A stretch of DNA of 64,000 nucleotides. Source: Dicyema japonicum (Eukaryota > Animalia > Dicyemida). The notes below the pieces were generated by a model that saw nothing but the letters and a program-made list of their open reading frames with translations, did not search any database and was not told the origin of the DNA. Shown piece after piece: positions 11,030-24,300 of this stretch; within the stretch, counting starts at the first letter, position 1, and the number at the start of each line of letters is the position of its first letter. The stretch is taken from NCBI GenBank assembly GCA_011109175.1, contig RDEW01000032.1, positions 403,334 to 467,333 on the forward strand. Direction: 5' to 3'. A program made the translations under genes and the position numbers.

Positions 11030-12300
11030 GCGATTTTTTTAAAGTCAAAAACAATATCCGAAAGACGATTTGCTGTATAAATAGAAGAGACGTTTCTCAT
11101 TGTCTCTTCATAAGTGCTAATACCGTCTTGATCTACGACAGGGTTAAGGAGATTTGGAAACTGGCTGCCCTAGCGTATGGTTCGGACAGCACAGTTGTCT
11201 TCGAAGATAATATTGTGTGTTCTCATGCCAGTTTGCAACATGGGGACCCGCTTGGAGCACTCATGATGTCGCATGGAATGTGCTTTCCCTTTTCAACGTA
11301 TGGTATATAGATGACGCAGAGTCCTTTATGACTCTGTCTTGAAAGACCTCCATGTAATTGACAACTCCAAGGAGTTTTTGATATCAAATCTCTATGTCCG
11401 GCCAAGATTTAGTTTTCACTGCAGAAGCTTTAGAAATCAATTTACGGAAAAAGAATCGTAGTGGGTGATATGCATTGGTAGCGACGGAAGAGCTCTTTCT
11501 CAAAAGACTCTCTTCTACACTCTATATCCGAGAAACACTTAGGATTTAGGATGTCCCTATGCCAACGATCCTTGATTTACACATGGTGTTCTTCCTGACG
11601 AAAAATTGTCTTTCTTACTCTTCGTTCTGAGATGTTAGTCATCTTTCAAGCACAGCGACATTCTAAACGTCATCAACTCTAAAATCCTTAGTGGAGGGAG
11701 TCCTTAATCTTTAACTCAACGATCTAGCCTGGAGGCGGTGCAAACTCATGATCTTTAAAAATGGCCTCGGCCTTAGATCTTCAGCCGACATTACGCTCCT
11801 TGTTTTTTTAATGTGCTTTGTGTGTTTTCCTGTAGTCGAGATTTTACTCAACACTTTAAGATCTTTCCTTGAAAGTTTATCTCTAATTGAGTTTTTAATA
11901 AAAACTAGAATTTCATTACAATTCCTTGGTTTATCAGTAAGTTTAAAGTAGTAGAACTAGTTACGTGGCATCCATATAGCCGATCTATTACGGATAGATT
12001 CGTAGTGGTGAACAATTAAGAAAAGCTGATGAGAAAATTCGTGATTTATTCTCAAACTGAGAGAGCTACAGGGCAGATGGAATTATCATCTTTCATTCTC
12101 GACTGGGAAGCTCCAAATATGAGATATCCAGTGCAACCTCCCTCAGAATTTTGCCAATACCGAAAAATTAAATTGGTGGAAGTATGCTGACCTCCTTGGT
12201 GGAATGACGTTTGTTCCTCTTACTATGAAAACCTTTGGAGCTCTAAAATACTCATCCTATGATTTCTTCAAAAAACTCGTAAACATAATTTTAGTCAGTT
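11030..12300 (+). mobile_element. Degraded CRE-clade non-LTR retrotransposon (RT to restriction-like endonuclease)
   Basis: LAYGSDSTVVFEDNIVCSHASLQHGDPLG (CRE-type RT), NGLGLRSSADITL (thumb), and KYADLLGGMTFVPLTMKTFG (RLE end). Confidence 0.7.
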
Positions 12301-12717
12301 CAGGAGTCAGGACTGATTTTTTTGTTTTTGCTTTTTATTAAACAAAATAATTCGAAATTAATGATTCTAAACAAGGAGGTAGGATTTTATGAAATGATCG
12401 AAGAACTTTAAGTCAAAATTTAAAAATCTAGGGGCCAGGAACTATATGAGCATAGTTAGTATGCTTTTTAATTATAATGAGATTTAGAGAAACTATCATA
12501 TAACCCCACTAACAATAATTTTAACATGGCCTTCAAAAGATCGTCTAAATCTCATGCCACTATCAGCACCATAGTGAAAGCCATGATACTTTTAGCTCCG
12601 CAAGTACTTTATTTTAGAGTAAGGACACACAGTTATTTGAACTAGCCGTTGAAAATGGGGTAAGCCACGCTCTTAACTTTCTCCTTTTGATGGATGTGAC
12701 CCCTTGTACATAATCTG

Positions 12718-12900
12718 GTACCGAGTGAGGTATCACTGATGATGACGTCCCTTGTCAATTTAAAAACCATCATAGATGACTTGGAATTTCAATCAAACAG
12801 GTGATCTCCAGAGTTCTTTCAATTTTGGGCTGGACGAGGTTCGAACCGAATTTTGGATTTTTTATGTCGTTTGAGTCCGTCGCTTAGTCAATTGTTTCTC
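12718..12900 (-). mobile_element. tRNA-derived SINE copy (family also at 15811, 29700, 46300, 61600)
   Basis: B-box-like CGGTTCGAACCTCG on the minus strand and a shared body, catcagtgatacctcac. Confidence 0.55.
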
Positions 12901-12995
12901 ACTTTTTTGTATCTCGCCTATAAAAAAATGTTCTCCCCTGTCAATAATTTATTGCCCCGTAATAAAATAGATATTAATGCTATATTTTTTTAATT

Positions 12996-13620
12996 TTAAA
13001 AGTTATTATGGAAAAAAGTGAGAAAATGGTTCCTGACTGTGTGAGTATTCCCTTTAAAGGTGGCTAGTGAGATTCGCTCTAATAACCAGCAGCGCTCACG
13101 GGGATCTCTTGATCGTGTAAAAGTTTGATTCACTAGACGACTCAAGAATTTTAGTGTTGCAGATGCAAGGGAACCAGACGTCTCAGCGGCGAATAAAATA
13201 GACAAAAATCATTGGGTAAGACGCGTACTTTTCTCGTTTCTACCGACCGGCCTTCTCTGAGACAGAAAAGGCTCCAGTGACACTCTGAGTTAGATCAAGA
13301 ACCGGCCTCCCTGACAAGAGGTTCCCCAATTTTAAAAGGTAAGGTGGTCATCTATCTAGTCGTTTCCCGTCACGCCTGCAAAGACCTACTGGTTCGAGTA
13401 TGGATGGATGTCCGGCTGGGTCTAAACCTCGTCTTACGACTTCGTTAAAGGCCATGTGTCTTGGAGATCTACCTGCTCTATTCCTGCTTGATAGAGGGTG
13501 TAGGTCAAAACAGTCGATCTGATCGCCACGAATGCGGCACACGGAATTTTAATCCCATTCTTAATGAGATGCCATACGGACGTATTCATCATCTAGAAAG
13601 GTACCTAAAAGTCTATTGGG
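12996..13620 (-). mobile_element. CRE-clade 3' fragment (zinc knuckle remnant, RLE, C-terminus)
   Basis: RHMAFNEVVRRGLDPAGHPSILEPVGLCRRDGKR and ETSGSLASATLKFL...WLLERISLATFKGN. Confidence 0.85.
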
Positions 13621-14529
13621 AATGGCGTTAAGCCAGACACCGCTCTCTTAAGACGCCCTCGACAACATACATGCACGGCGATGTGGTTATGTGACAGATC
13701 TTCAATGCTATAATTAATTAGTAATTTTGATTAAAAAACCCTTGACCTAGGTGAAGGTTAACCAGATACTTTTTATTTTGGCTTATTTTAGTAAGACCTA
13801 TTCTGATGTATTTTGCAGATACTCAAATTATTAGACTTCTTTATCATCATTTTGTTTTGTTCACCCTGTGCAACAGAATATTCATAGAAAAACGATCGCA
13901 AGTCCTATTTCGTTTAATTTTATAAATTATTTTATTACAATATTTATATTTTCATGAGTTAAACCGATAAATTATCTCTTTAAATTGTAACCTAGTTAAA
14001 TACTATGCATAAATATTGCATTTGGTTTTTTTGTTTTAAAAATTAATAAATTCACAATATTTGCATATTGTCAATTTTCCATATATATTGTCAATTCTTC
14101 TTAGCAATGCATTGTTGCAGCATGTAATTGTTTTAGTAATCGGAAGATCCCCTTTGAGGAATTTATAGACATATCTACGTATGGAAGATTACACTATCGA
14201 CAATAAAGGTTGTATAAATAAAAAACAAGTATCGGCGACAATTTATGCAACTTTATGTTAATAAAAATCCTGAATAGTTTGCGGATTTGCAATACAGTAA
14301 ACTCTAATTTAAAGAATAATAAACAAAACTCTCCAATAATATCCAATAAAACCTACACTCTCACTAACAATTCATTTTCATGCATCGTACGTCCCACCTG
14401 AAAATCGTTGCATATCCTCATTTTCCTTAGTTGGAAAGACTGGTCATAAAACAAAAATAAACATTTCCATAAAAATAATGCGAGCCACCTAATTGAATAA
14501 ATTAAATTCATTAAATTGAACAAAAACAA

Positions 14530-15340
14530 CTATCCTTTGATAACTGCAATTGGAAGAAATTTGATACAGTTTATAATAATATTAGGTAGATGACATGTCT
14601 CCACTACTTCGGAAACATCTCTATATGACTGGAGAGCCTCTTTCATTATCAACTTGGGAGAAGATACTCTGATAGAGATTACCTTCTGTTTTATTGCTTC
14701 CAACACATTTTCAAAAACGAGGGATCGTGGAATTCGGCTAATCAGGACCAATTTGAGCGAGAAGCCTTCGCTCGCGAAAGATCCCTTCCAGCTCCTGATA
14801 CGTGTTCCAAATAACTCAGAAAATCCTAGTTAGCACATAAATTCACGTGCCCATCGTCCTGGAGTGGCCAATCAACTACAAATATAAACTCTAGCAAACT
14901 TCGTAATCAACAGGGGGTCAAAGGATGATGAGGCGGAAAGGGTCGGGTTGATCTCATCCGTCTCCCATCAAACTCAAGTATCAAACCGTTTGTAAAGGGC
15001 CATCAAATGAGTATGGACAAAACCTGCAGGTAAAGAATGGTCATCGAGTACCGGTTCACCAATGGATAGTGGGCCGCTCCAGCAATCGCTTTAAATAGTT
15101 CTGGCCATCTTCTGAACTGATCCTTGCACATGCCAGTTGAGGGTATTTCACATAAATGGAGAAACCCTTCATAGGAAAGAAGGTAAGTGAATAGCAACAT
15201 ACCAGGAAACATACTTGCTAAATTCTGCCAAGCGTATGATTTATTCATCAGCAATGCTGCCTGCATGCAGCAACTCGACTACTTGCGACTAGAGACCCTG
15301 GAGGGGATAACGCTGCTGTTAGTTTCTCTGTTTACACGTG
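14530..15340 (-). pseudogene. RTCB: RtcB tRNA-splicing ligase, C-terminal half, disrupted; retains a 24-nt intron
   Basis: SYAWQNLASM, TRPFPPHHPLTPVDYE|LIG, TMGT..YVLT, GAGRDLSRAKASR and ISIRVSSPKLIMKEALQSYRDVSEVVETCH...PIAVIKG* match the RTCB C-terminus in order. Frameshifts and deletions are present. GT-AG block 14876-14899 removes cleanly in phase 0. Confidence 0.9.
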
Positions 15341-15810
15341 CTTTGCTATGACTGTGACATAGCGAAAGTTCATTAATAATATAATTCACATACTCTAAGT
15401 TATGGTATCGTCAGAAGGCCTCCAATGTACCTAGAAATAAGACCATTCTCACTTCACCGCCTAGAGACAACTCACTTGGGACGTATTCCATTTTTTCCTC
15501 AGCTTCCTTGAAAATACCATCATACCAAAAATAAAAAGAAAACGGGATCAATAGTAGGGTCTCGATCTACGTGCATATCTGATAAAGGTATGCTTGACAT
15601 GTTTCAAGACTTAAAACTCATAATTGACCCTATTATCTTATTACTGGGGACTGACTAAGCAAAAAGACGTGGTGGTTGCCTGCTTACCCCGTTCCAGAAA
15701 GGGCTAAATGTGTAGAGATCTCATGAAGAACATTTTTAGGAGACGGAAATGTTGTATATTTATTGGATATTAATTTGAAACCCTAAATTGAAAATATTTA
15801 TCGTAACAAA

Positions 15811-15950
15811 CGTGCCTTTAATGATGACGGCACTACTCGTCGACCAGAAGATCGTAGATGCGTGGAACCTTCAATCGAATAGACAGCAGCGAGATTCTAA
15901 CGCAGAACCTCTATATTTTGGTCCGGAATCTATTAAACTGCGCTATACTT
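15811..15950 (-). mobile_element. tRNA-derived SINE copy
   Basis: A-box-like TAGCGCAGTTT and B-box-like GCGTTAGAATCTC. Body ccacgcatctacgat...gacgagtagtgccgtcatca is shared with the 29700 copy. Confidence 0.65.
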
Positions 15951-16769
15951 TAGAACTGCTGATAGTAATAATTGCAATTTTGATTATTTATTGAACTTTT
16001 GGCCCATTTAAAAATGTTCATTAGCTTTGATCTCTCTCGATGAGCGCGTAGCCGTCATCAAACGGGAAAGCTAGAAATTCATGTCCTTGCGTAACGTAAC
16101 ACGTCTGCCTTTGCCAATTACTCGTATAGAAGTGAAAACTTCTCTGTGCATCGAAGTTAAAACTTCTGACTGCATTCATTATTAAGCTATTTCCCATGAC
16201 GATTGGAAGGAAATGCGTTCAATAAGCTAGCTCCTTTCTCTCCTATCATTTGTCATGTTAGCGATCCGATTCTGTTTAGCGTTTCTCAGGAAGCGAAGCG
16301 ATTTTACACTTATTTCTACAGTTGTCTCGATCACAATAGGATAGAAAATGAACAGATCGTACAATGTTTCATATTTGTTTCCTTTGCTTTCATTGTTTTT
16401 TCCGCGGCATACAGTGTGTGCATCGCGCTCCAGGCAATGTTGGATGGGCGACCTTTGTCTTATTAATAAAAAATGACTCTTGTCTCTCGAGTTGGTAATG
16501 AAAATGACATTAATGGCAAAAGTTGCCCTACTCATTACTCACTTTCGATATCATTGACCCAAGCGATCTTAGAAAAGAGACCATCTTGTACCCAAAGACT
16601 CCGCTTGTCTCTACGACAACGGGTTGTACATGAAATCTGGTGGCGAGACTGTCGCATTTTTTATCATGAAATTCTTGAAAGTCAATCACTCTTTCCAGCT
16701 TTCAACTTGGAACAGGTAAATCTCGACTGGGAAAAAGTTTCGGTGCAGGTCCCATCCTAAATGGAGCAT

Positions 16770-17050
16770 TTCTCAGTAAAAGGGGAAGACAATTACCCCG
16801 TCCGGGCGCTTTCCATCTCCACGATCCAATCCCACCGGTTCCAGAGATAACGTGAATCCAGCCACCTCAAGAGAGAGCAACACAACCCCATTGATAGAGT
16901 CATGCCTCGAGAACCGGCAACTGCTGAGACGGCTTAAAAACGGGTGAAGTCTTTTGTGGTCCACAAAAGACATACAACGGCATGGATGAGGCTGGCACTG
17001 GTCAATCCCGAGACGGGTAAATATCCTTTACGGAAAGCGTCCCCTTCGAG
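16770..17050 (-). mobile_element. CRE-clade fragment (zinc knuckle plus RLE start)
   Basis: SRHDSING...AGFTLSLEPVGLDRGDGKRPDGVIVFPF. Confidence 0.85.
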
Positions 17051-18159
17051 AAGGAAACCAATTAGCGATGATTACATAACATTACATAAGAGACACGTGT
17101 ACACAAATGAATTCATATAATTAATAACAAATTTAAAGGTTAACGTGTCCTTTTTTAACGCTTCAAACAAACTGGAAGGAGAAACTGGGCTGTTGTTATG
17201 AACGCCTTCCTCGTGGAGAAGGCTAGAATAACGAAATAAGTCATTGGTTGATTCTCTTCCCTTTATAAATTCAGAGAGGGCTTTTTAGGTTTTTGAAATG
17301 AAATGGTACTTCGTGATTCCAATTTGATCTTTCTAACAATTACCGAGATTGATTATCACCAGCACCTGTAAATCCCCAAACCTATATATCATTATCGATT
17401 TTCTCAGTTCTTTCTCCTCTACCGTCATTCAGGTAAATGAGCACTTACTAACATAATTGTGATGTTATATCGTATCATTTAGTTTTGTTCGCCAATAAAA
17501 AAATGTTATAATTTTAATATTAGAAAATATATTATAAAAATAATAATATTTATGAACATCAGGTTCCCAGTTTCTTATATGTTAGCGAAACTGGGATTTA
17601 TAATTTAATTTAACGTCAGCTTGTAGTAAATCGAGTTTAATTTTTTTCATTTTTTTTAAATTTTAATAATTTCATTTATTTTAATCGTTGACTTTATTCA
17701 AATTAATTTTCAAATATATATCCTAATTTATGACTATTTTTAATTTTTAATAAATTTTGTGATTAATTTTATTAGCTTCCACTTGTTTCTATGAGTCTGA
17801 TTCTCTTAAATCTCAGGAGAATCTTATTAAACAGACGACTGAAGGTCAGTTCCAAGGAAAGCTAAACATAAAATTTGGGAGAATTGGTTGAGGTCTTTTG
17901 CCAATTTAACCATTCCATACTACTTCTCGTCCTTCGCAAGCTGCCGTGTCTTATCCAACTCAATTTTATGTTTCTGCCACGGATTGAGTCTAGCACCTGT
18001 ACTTGAAGCGGTTGTCCAGCAGTGAATTGTAAACGGGTTTGGTGTCTCGGAGTACTATATCTCTCAAAAGAACTAGGATGAAATCCTTGTTTAAAAAAAG
18101 CTAGATGAACTTGGAAGGCCAGCGGATACGATTTGTCGCACATATCTGAATGCAGCTTC

Positions 18160-18440
18160 TTCTGAGAATTCAGAGTCCTGGCTCAATGCCTTCCATGTAC
18201 TGGCATTTAGTGCTCTGCTTGGCGGGAATACAATCCGTGTTGGAGCTGCTCTTTGGCTAAACCTTCCTTTAACATCGATGCCAATGTAGTGGGAATTTTG
18301 ACAGGAAATGACTCACCTGCTGTCATTCAGATGAAGGTCCAGGAGATTCTCTCGTCATATCATGTTAAACTTGACAGTCATGAGAGCTATAGAAGACGCC
18401 GGGTATACTTGCATTCTGGAACCCGTCGGTCTTGACAAAG
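18160..18440 (+). mobile_element. CRE-clade fragment
   Basis: SWLNAFHVLAFSALLGGNTIRVGAAL, followed by a remnant ending in AGYTCILEPVGLD. Confidence 0.6.
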
Positions 18441-18899
18441 ATGTCGGTTAAAATCAAGCTTTTTTTCAAAAGTTAATTTATACTAAAAAAGTACGACAGT
18501 GAGAGTTCCCAAACACCAAGCCAATACTTACACAGCCTATAACTGCTTAACTTCCTTGGTCGACTGAGAACGGCTGCTTACGGCCAAGTATGATAGTTCT
18601 TTAGATTTTTGTAATAGTTGTTTACTGTTGTTTTTATCAGTATCCGAGTTAATATTATTTTTTAAGACAATAACGAGTAAATCAACTAATTTCAACTAAT
18701 TAAGCGTATTTTAATCCAGATTGTTGGAAATCCCTCTTCTTCTCTTAGAAGAAGAATGTGCCATAACCTCTCTGCTACTCCGAATCTCCACATCAGATTC
18801 AGTCAAAATATCTCCGTTAGAGTCCAGTGGGCTGTCCTCACGGCACGCCAGTTCCACAAGTTGGAAGTAGCAAAGGCCTACTCTTCACCGTATACCTTC

Positions 18900-19532
18900 A
18901 TCCCATGCTAATGTTCAATGAGCATACTTTCGAGCGTTCTCTTCAGCACAACCGATTGGATGTAATTCGTCGTTGATTCTTCAATAGATAATTTATCCAT
19001 ATGATTCTTGAAGCATCTTGAGACAACTCCATCCATGTCAAAACCACTGGAATAATTTTCATTTGGCATTCATAGAGTAGAAAGTTCATTTGCTAGAAGT
19101 CATATTTGTGAATTTTCTCAACTTCAACTTGCTTTAGTCGTCTTGTGAGGTAATCCCCACTTCAATTAAAATTACTTCCTTCTTTGTTTAGTCATACACA
19201 AAAATATCAGGTTTATTGTATTGGACTTTGTTTCTGTTATAATCGACGTGTCAACTCTAATTTCGATATTTTGATTCGTCAATATTGACTGAACCGAATG
19301 TCCTTTCAATTTCCGGCTTCATTTGATTCCATAAATTTGACAAAGATGAAGATGGGTGCACTTTTCACTTCATTATGTCTTCGGAGATAATCACTATTTA
19401 GCATTTTACCACAGAGTGGCCAAATAATCAACAGTTTTCTTGCATTTTTTACAATGATTGCATAATAGATTAGTGCCATAATCTTTAAGAATTTTAGCCT
19501 ATAAATTAATATTCCATTAAACTTTAACTCCA
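18900..19532 (-). mobile_element. R4/NeSL-like RLE-type non-LTR retrotransposon 3' part, interrupted by the CRE insertion
   Basis: CKKCKKTVDYLATLCGKMLNSDYLRRHNEV (CCHC knuckle), NKPDIFVYD, VILIEVGITSQD, EKIHKYD.LANEL, IIPVVLTW and YIQSVVLKRTLES, read across frameshifts. Confidence 0.75.
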
Positions 19533-19535
19533 ATC

Positions 19536-19574
<39 letters not shown>

Positions 19575-20305
19575 TTTTTGATAAAAAAATATTTTAAATA
19601 TTTAAATAATTAATGGTATTTATAACAATAAAATCGTTCTAAAGTCCAGCGGATATGATCGAGTGGCTGTTACCTCTGCCATCAGACTTGGATTGAAAGT
19701 TTGTCAACCCCATGAGTGCCGATGCGGCCGGAAGGTCGACTGCTATGGACATCATGCCCTTTCTTGTCGAAAAAGCGCAGGTCGATTCGCTAGACACAAG
19801 GCTATAAATGAAGTGTGAAGCGCGCCCTCGAGTTGGCGGGATACCCATCCATTCTAGAGCCAACGGGCTTGAGTAGGGATGATGGGAAGCGACCCGATGG
19901 AATTACTGTCTTCCCCTTCTCTCGGGGCAAATGCTTAATTTGGGATGCTGCCTGTACTGACAGCTTTTCCCAGTCGAAACTTTTGAGGTCGGCAATGAAA
20001 GCGGGAGAGGCTGCCCGTTTATATGAAAACTCGAAGATAAAGAAATACAGCAGCCTCATAAACCGTTTTCATATACAGCCAGTGGTCGTCGAGACGAGCG
20101 GAGTCTTTGGCCCAAGACGGTCTCTTTCCTTAGAGCACTTGGGTGTCTATTGACCAAAGCCTCGAGGAGCGTCGGGAAACCGAGTGGCTTTTCCAAAGGA
20201 TATCCCTGGCAGTAGTCAGAGGTAACAGCCACTCGATCATATCCGCTGGACTTTAGAACGATTTTATTGTTATAAATACCATTAATTATTTAAATATCTG
20301 AAATT
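19533..20305. mobile_element. 5'-truncated CRE-clade insertion with poly(A) tail, 10-bp TSD and internal inversion
   Basis: TSD ATCTGAAATT at 19533-19542 and 20296-20305. T33 at 19541-19573. The minus-oriented 3' end runs to 19678. The plus-oriented segment 19679-20297 encodes PHECRCG...HALSC and EPTGLSRDDGKRPDGITVFPF...WDA...VETSG. Confidence 0.92.
19598..20297. repeat. Perfect 81-bp inverted repeat (19598-19678 / 20217-20297)
   Basis: Base-by-base comparison of the left arm with the reverse complement of the right arm shows no mismatch. Confidence 0.95.
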
Positions 20306-20499
20306 CATATTTCGAAGTATGCACAGACATTTTTTTTCTTCGATAATATATACTATTTTATTCACAGGTTGAAAATTAAATTTATCTATAAATTAAATGA
20401 AAAATTTTAAACAATTGGATGTCTTATATCTTTTACCTTACTTAATTCTGTAAGTTTTTTTTAGAAAGTAATTATTTAACGGTCATGTCTCGATAAGTA

Positions 20500-21350
20500 T
20501 TAATGGCAACTTGAATCAGATATTTTAAATTTTTTGCAAATAATGAAATATTTTTCAGCTTTCATCTAACATTGGTCAGGTCCTTGTGTAAAACCTCTGG
20601 CAAAGTTTTGCAAAATGATCCACGGAACGAGGTATTCACTTCTGGGCAGAAATAGTTCTCCATTGCTAATTTAGCAGGCATCATTTTGCTCATCCGAAGG
20701 ATGTGACCAAATAGACGCCATCTTGATTCAAGGATATCACAAAATCTATAACTGAACCCGCCTTTTAATATTTATTTATAGTATTAAATTAATTAAATTA
20801 TTCCAAAGACCAATGATAAAGTCAAACTATTTTTTTCATTTCAAAACCAAACTATCTAATTTCTTAACCTGACGCGTTCCAGTAGAACCCTAGTCTAGCA
20901 CAGTGATACAGAGGACTATTCCCAACTGTTAGCTAAATATTTTCTCTGTTATTTGACATATTCAATTTCTAAGAGGCGTTTTCGGCTCTAACTCAAGAAA
21001 CGCCAAGTGTATAGCAGGTACCAAAAAATGAATACTTCTATTCCATACTACGTCGTCAGCATACGCATTAATTTTCACCCAGTATCGGTTTCGATTCCCG
21101 TAGAGCAGCTTCAAGGTATATGACAAAAAGAATAGATGTGCCAACAGTCGTTTCAAATCGGCGAGACAATGCTCCCAGACTCATACAGTGAGCCAAGTAT
21201 CAGCTAGGAAGGTGATGACTATTCTGACAGTGGAAGCGTATAGGAAACTCCCAGAACCAGTATTTGCTTCTGTCTGTCGACAGAGTCGAAGACCCTCGAA
21301 ATGTCGATTCCGGGATGATTGTAGACATTTTGAACTTTTGAACGACCGCA
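20500..21350 (-). mobile_element. Degraded RTE-like LINE, same family as 56970-59990
   Basis: GIDISRVFDSVDR, LFVIYLEAALRE, YADD and SRWRLFGHILRM..PAKLAMENY match the intact copy. Confidence 0.8.
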
Positions 21351-24300
21351 GTCATGATTAATAATTTATTAAATAAACTGTTGAATAAATAACTAAAATT
21401 AAAAAAAATTAATTGAATTCACATGGTATTCCGATGTTAATAATTTTACCATAAAGTTAAATAAATTTGTCAATCGGATGCGATATATATCGCGTTCAAA
21501 CAACCAGTCCTATTATATAATTCAGGAACATGGGTATCATCATTACTTTTTCAACTACACACATTTCAAAAAAACTGACTTTGACAGACTAGACACATTT
21601 TATAGACATAATTAGAAAAATTGTGGGAATAAAATTGCAACAGATTATCAAAAACGACATTCTACAAATTATGTAAATGCAAACCGATAAACTAAATTTA
21701 TATTTTAAATTACTTTCAAAAATTGTTTAGTAATTCATTTTCAAATTTAAAATCAACTTTATAATGAGATAAATTATTTATAATCATTAAAATAACATTT
21801 TTAATTATATTTTGCAAAAATTTTTATAATATTTTTATGAAATAAATAATCTTTCCAACTCAGGAAGTTTCCATCAGATAATTCGTTCTACTCGTCTTGT
21901 TTCTTTTACCAATTTTTTAATCAACAGGGAATCATTCAGTTCCATATATTGTGTAAAAAATACTATTAAATGTAATCTAAAGATAATTTAAATCTAGTAT
22001 AATTTATATTTACAATTATTTATTATTCATATTTTTTGATTCAATATTATATTATTATGCAATTTTCATAAATTTCGACAATATTTTTCACATTAAAACG
22101 TGGTGTCATGTGGTCTACCAGTTATGAAGTTCTGGAGACGCTCTGGGTGCACTTAATGCATCGCGGAAAATAACCATCAACTACCTCCCATCCGTAAAAA
22201 GATTTTCAAAATGTGGTCAATTTGCGAGGGTCGAGTGTATAAAGATTTCATGAAGACAACGGTATTTCTGGTAAATGCAATATTTTTAAACAGAGGGCGT
22301 TGCCTGAAAATAATTTTTGCTGTTTTTACAAGGCATTTCTTAATGGAATCCTTATCGCAATATGATTTTCCAACATTGCAAGCATTCTGTTGATTTCATA
22401 GATTGCAGTAATTGATGCAGTACTTCGATTATGTTTTTTGTGAAATGAGTCTGTAATTTTTTTCCAATTCATTTAGCTTTGAAATATGCATTGGATCTTC
22501 TTTGGATGGAACCTGCAATGACACTTTCCCCTTTTGTTATGCACGTAAGAACTCACGTTTCAGGAAAATCGGAGCCACAAGTTCTGATAAACTACAAGAT
22601 TCTCCTTCCTGATATGGATATAGAAAGACGTGTGGTTCAGGCATCAACATCTCTACAATCACCGACCAAGAAAGCTGGATAAATTGGTTTTTCATAAACT
22701 CAGATCCACGAATATCAGAAAATTCAGAATAGTCTTTAAGAAATCAAAAGCTGTTCGAATAGCAAGTATTCTAGTAAAATCTCCCAGAAGTCTCGATTAA
22801 GGACTCAATCATACGGATATTCTTGTCTTGAAGATATAGATGCGGCATTCTAAACAACTTAAACATTGATAACGTTATTCTTCGTTCAACGAAGGCTGAA
22901 CCTCATTAATGTACTTTTTGAAAATTGTTCAGTTCAATTCTAGACTCTGTAAATAATCAATACATTATACAAGCAATCAGTTACTAATTTGTAATAACGT
23001 ATATAAAACATGAAAGATTTCCAAGCCACATCTAACAAAAACTATACAGAATTTTTCATATATTTAAAAAAAATAAAATCATATTTGAATTAAAAATAAT
23101 AATTTATTAAATGCTTTTAAGTTGCTTAAGTATTCTAATCAGCCAGAGTTACCGGTTCTTCTCTCAAAACGGTTCTCTTAGTCTTATGAATGTATGGATC
23201 TTTGATTTTCCTAAACCGTCTATACGATGTTCCACAATCCTTCTAATTGGTACTACCAGCAAATTTCTTCCTCGCTTAGACCATCACTCTTCTTATTGTT
23301 TAGGGAGAGCTTAATTGCAGGGCTCCTTGATTTCCCTAAGAGTAATACGATTTCTGTAACAAAAAAATCAAAGCTTGTCGATACCAAGATTTTTAATGAA
23401 ATTATATAATCACAGTCGAGGATCAGTTCGGATAATGAGTGGCATCTATTTTCGGAAAATGCAATTTTGCTTCCAAGGGTTCTTATTATCATCCTGTTAT
23501 TTTTATTGAGTGCCATTGATTGTAAAATGAATGGTCTGGAGATTTAAATCTAAAGAATCGAAGGTCGAGCATGAGAGTGATCATCGAGTACTTTTGACTC
23601 CCATGCATTTAGTTGATTGGAGCGGTTTCAAGTCAGTCGGTAATTGTCCTTGGGAGAATTTTGAAACCTCTGTCATTTTTAGAGATTTTTTATTTATATA
23701 CAAAAACCCAGGTAAATACTAGTAATTCAACGTCATTCGGATAAACTTTTTGTAAAAATCTATTATGATCATCTTGCTCTTCTCAAAATATGTATCTACC
23801 ATTAGTTGGCCGATGACCTTAGTTTTTATGCAGTTTCAGTCACTTTTCTTCAAGAGACTTAGCTAAATAAAGATGTAGGACAATTTTAATTAAACCAACA
23901 TGTTTGTGTTGACACTATGGATAAGAATATGCCAACATCATATGTCAATATAAGATTGCTGTACTAATTTAGTTGCTGTTACTGGGTCCCAAAAGTAATA
24001 TGATTACATATTGGTGCTATATTGAATTAACTATGGTATTACTATGTAGTAACTCCAACAAACTCAAAGAATAAATGGCTGATATCCACAATTCACGTGA
24101 TCTAACTAGGTCTCTAGCTTTCATTTCTATAGTATAAATCGATGTTGAAAAATCAAAAAACAAAATCCATTGGATTTTGTTTTTATACTCTTGGTGATTT
24201 TGGGATGTTTAAACATAGGGATTCTAACAAGGGAAAATCCTGCTTTTTGTCGTAAAATACGGCAGATCCTCGGTAAAAACTTAAAAGTCCACATTTGGGC

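Noticed and set aside
14530-15340. RTCB as a LINE-made processed retrocopy
   Set aside because: It retains a clean 24-nt phase-0 intron at 14876-14899.
19598-20297. TIR DNA transposon or MITE
   Set aside because: The inverted arms are the element's own coding end and 3' UTR. The TSD lies outside a poly(A) tail, and the content is CRE retrotransposon sequence.
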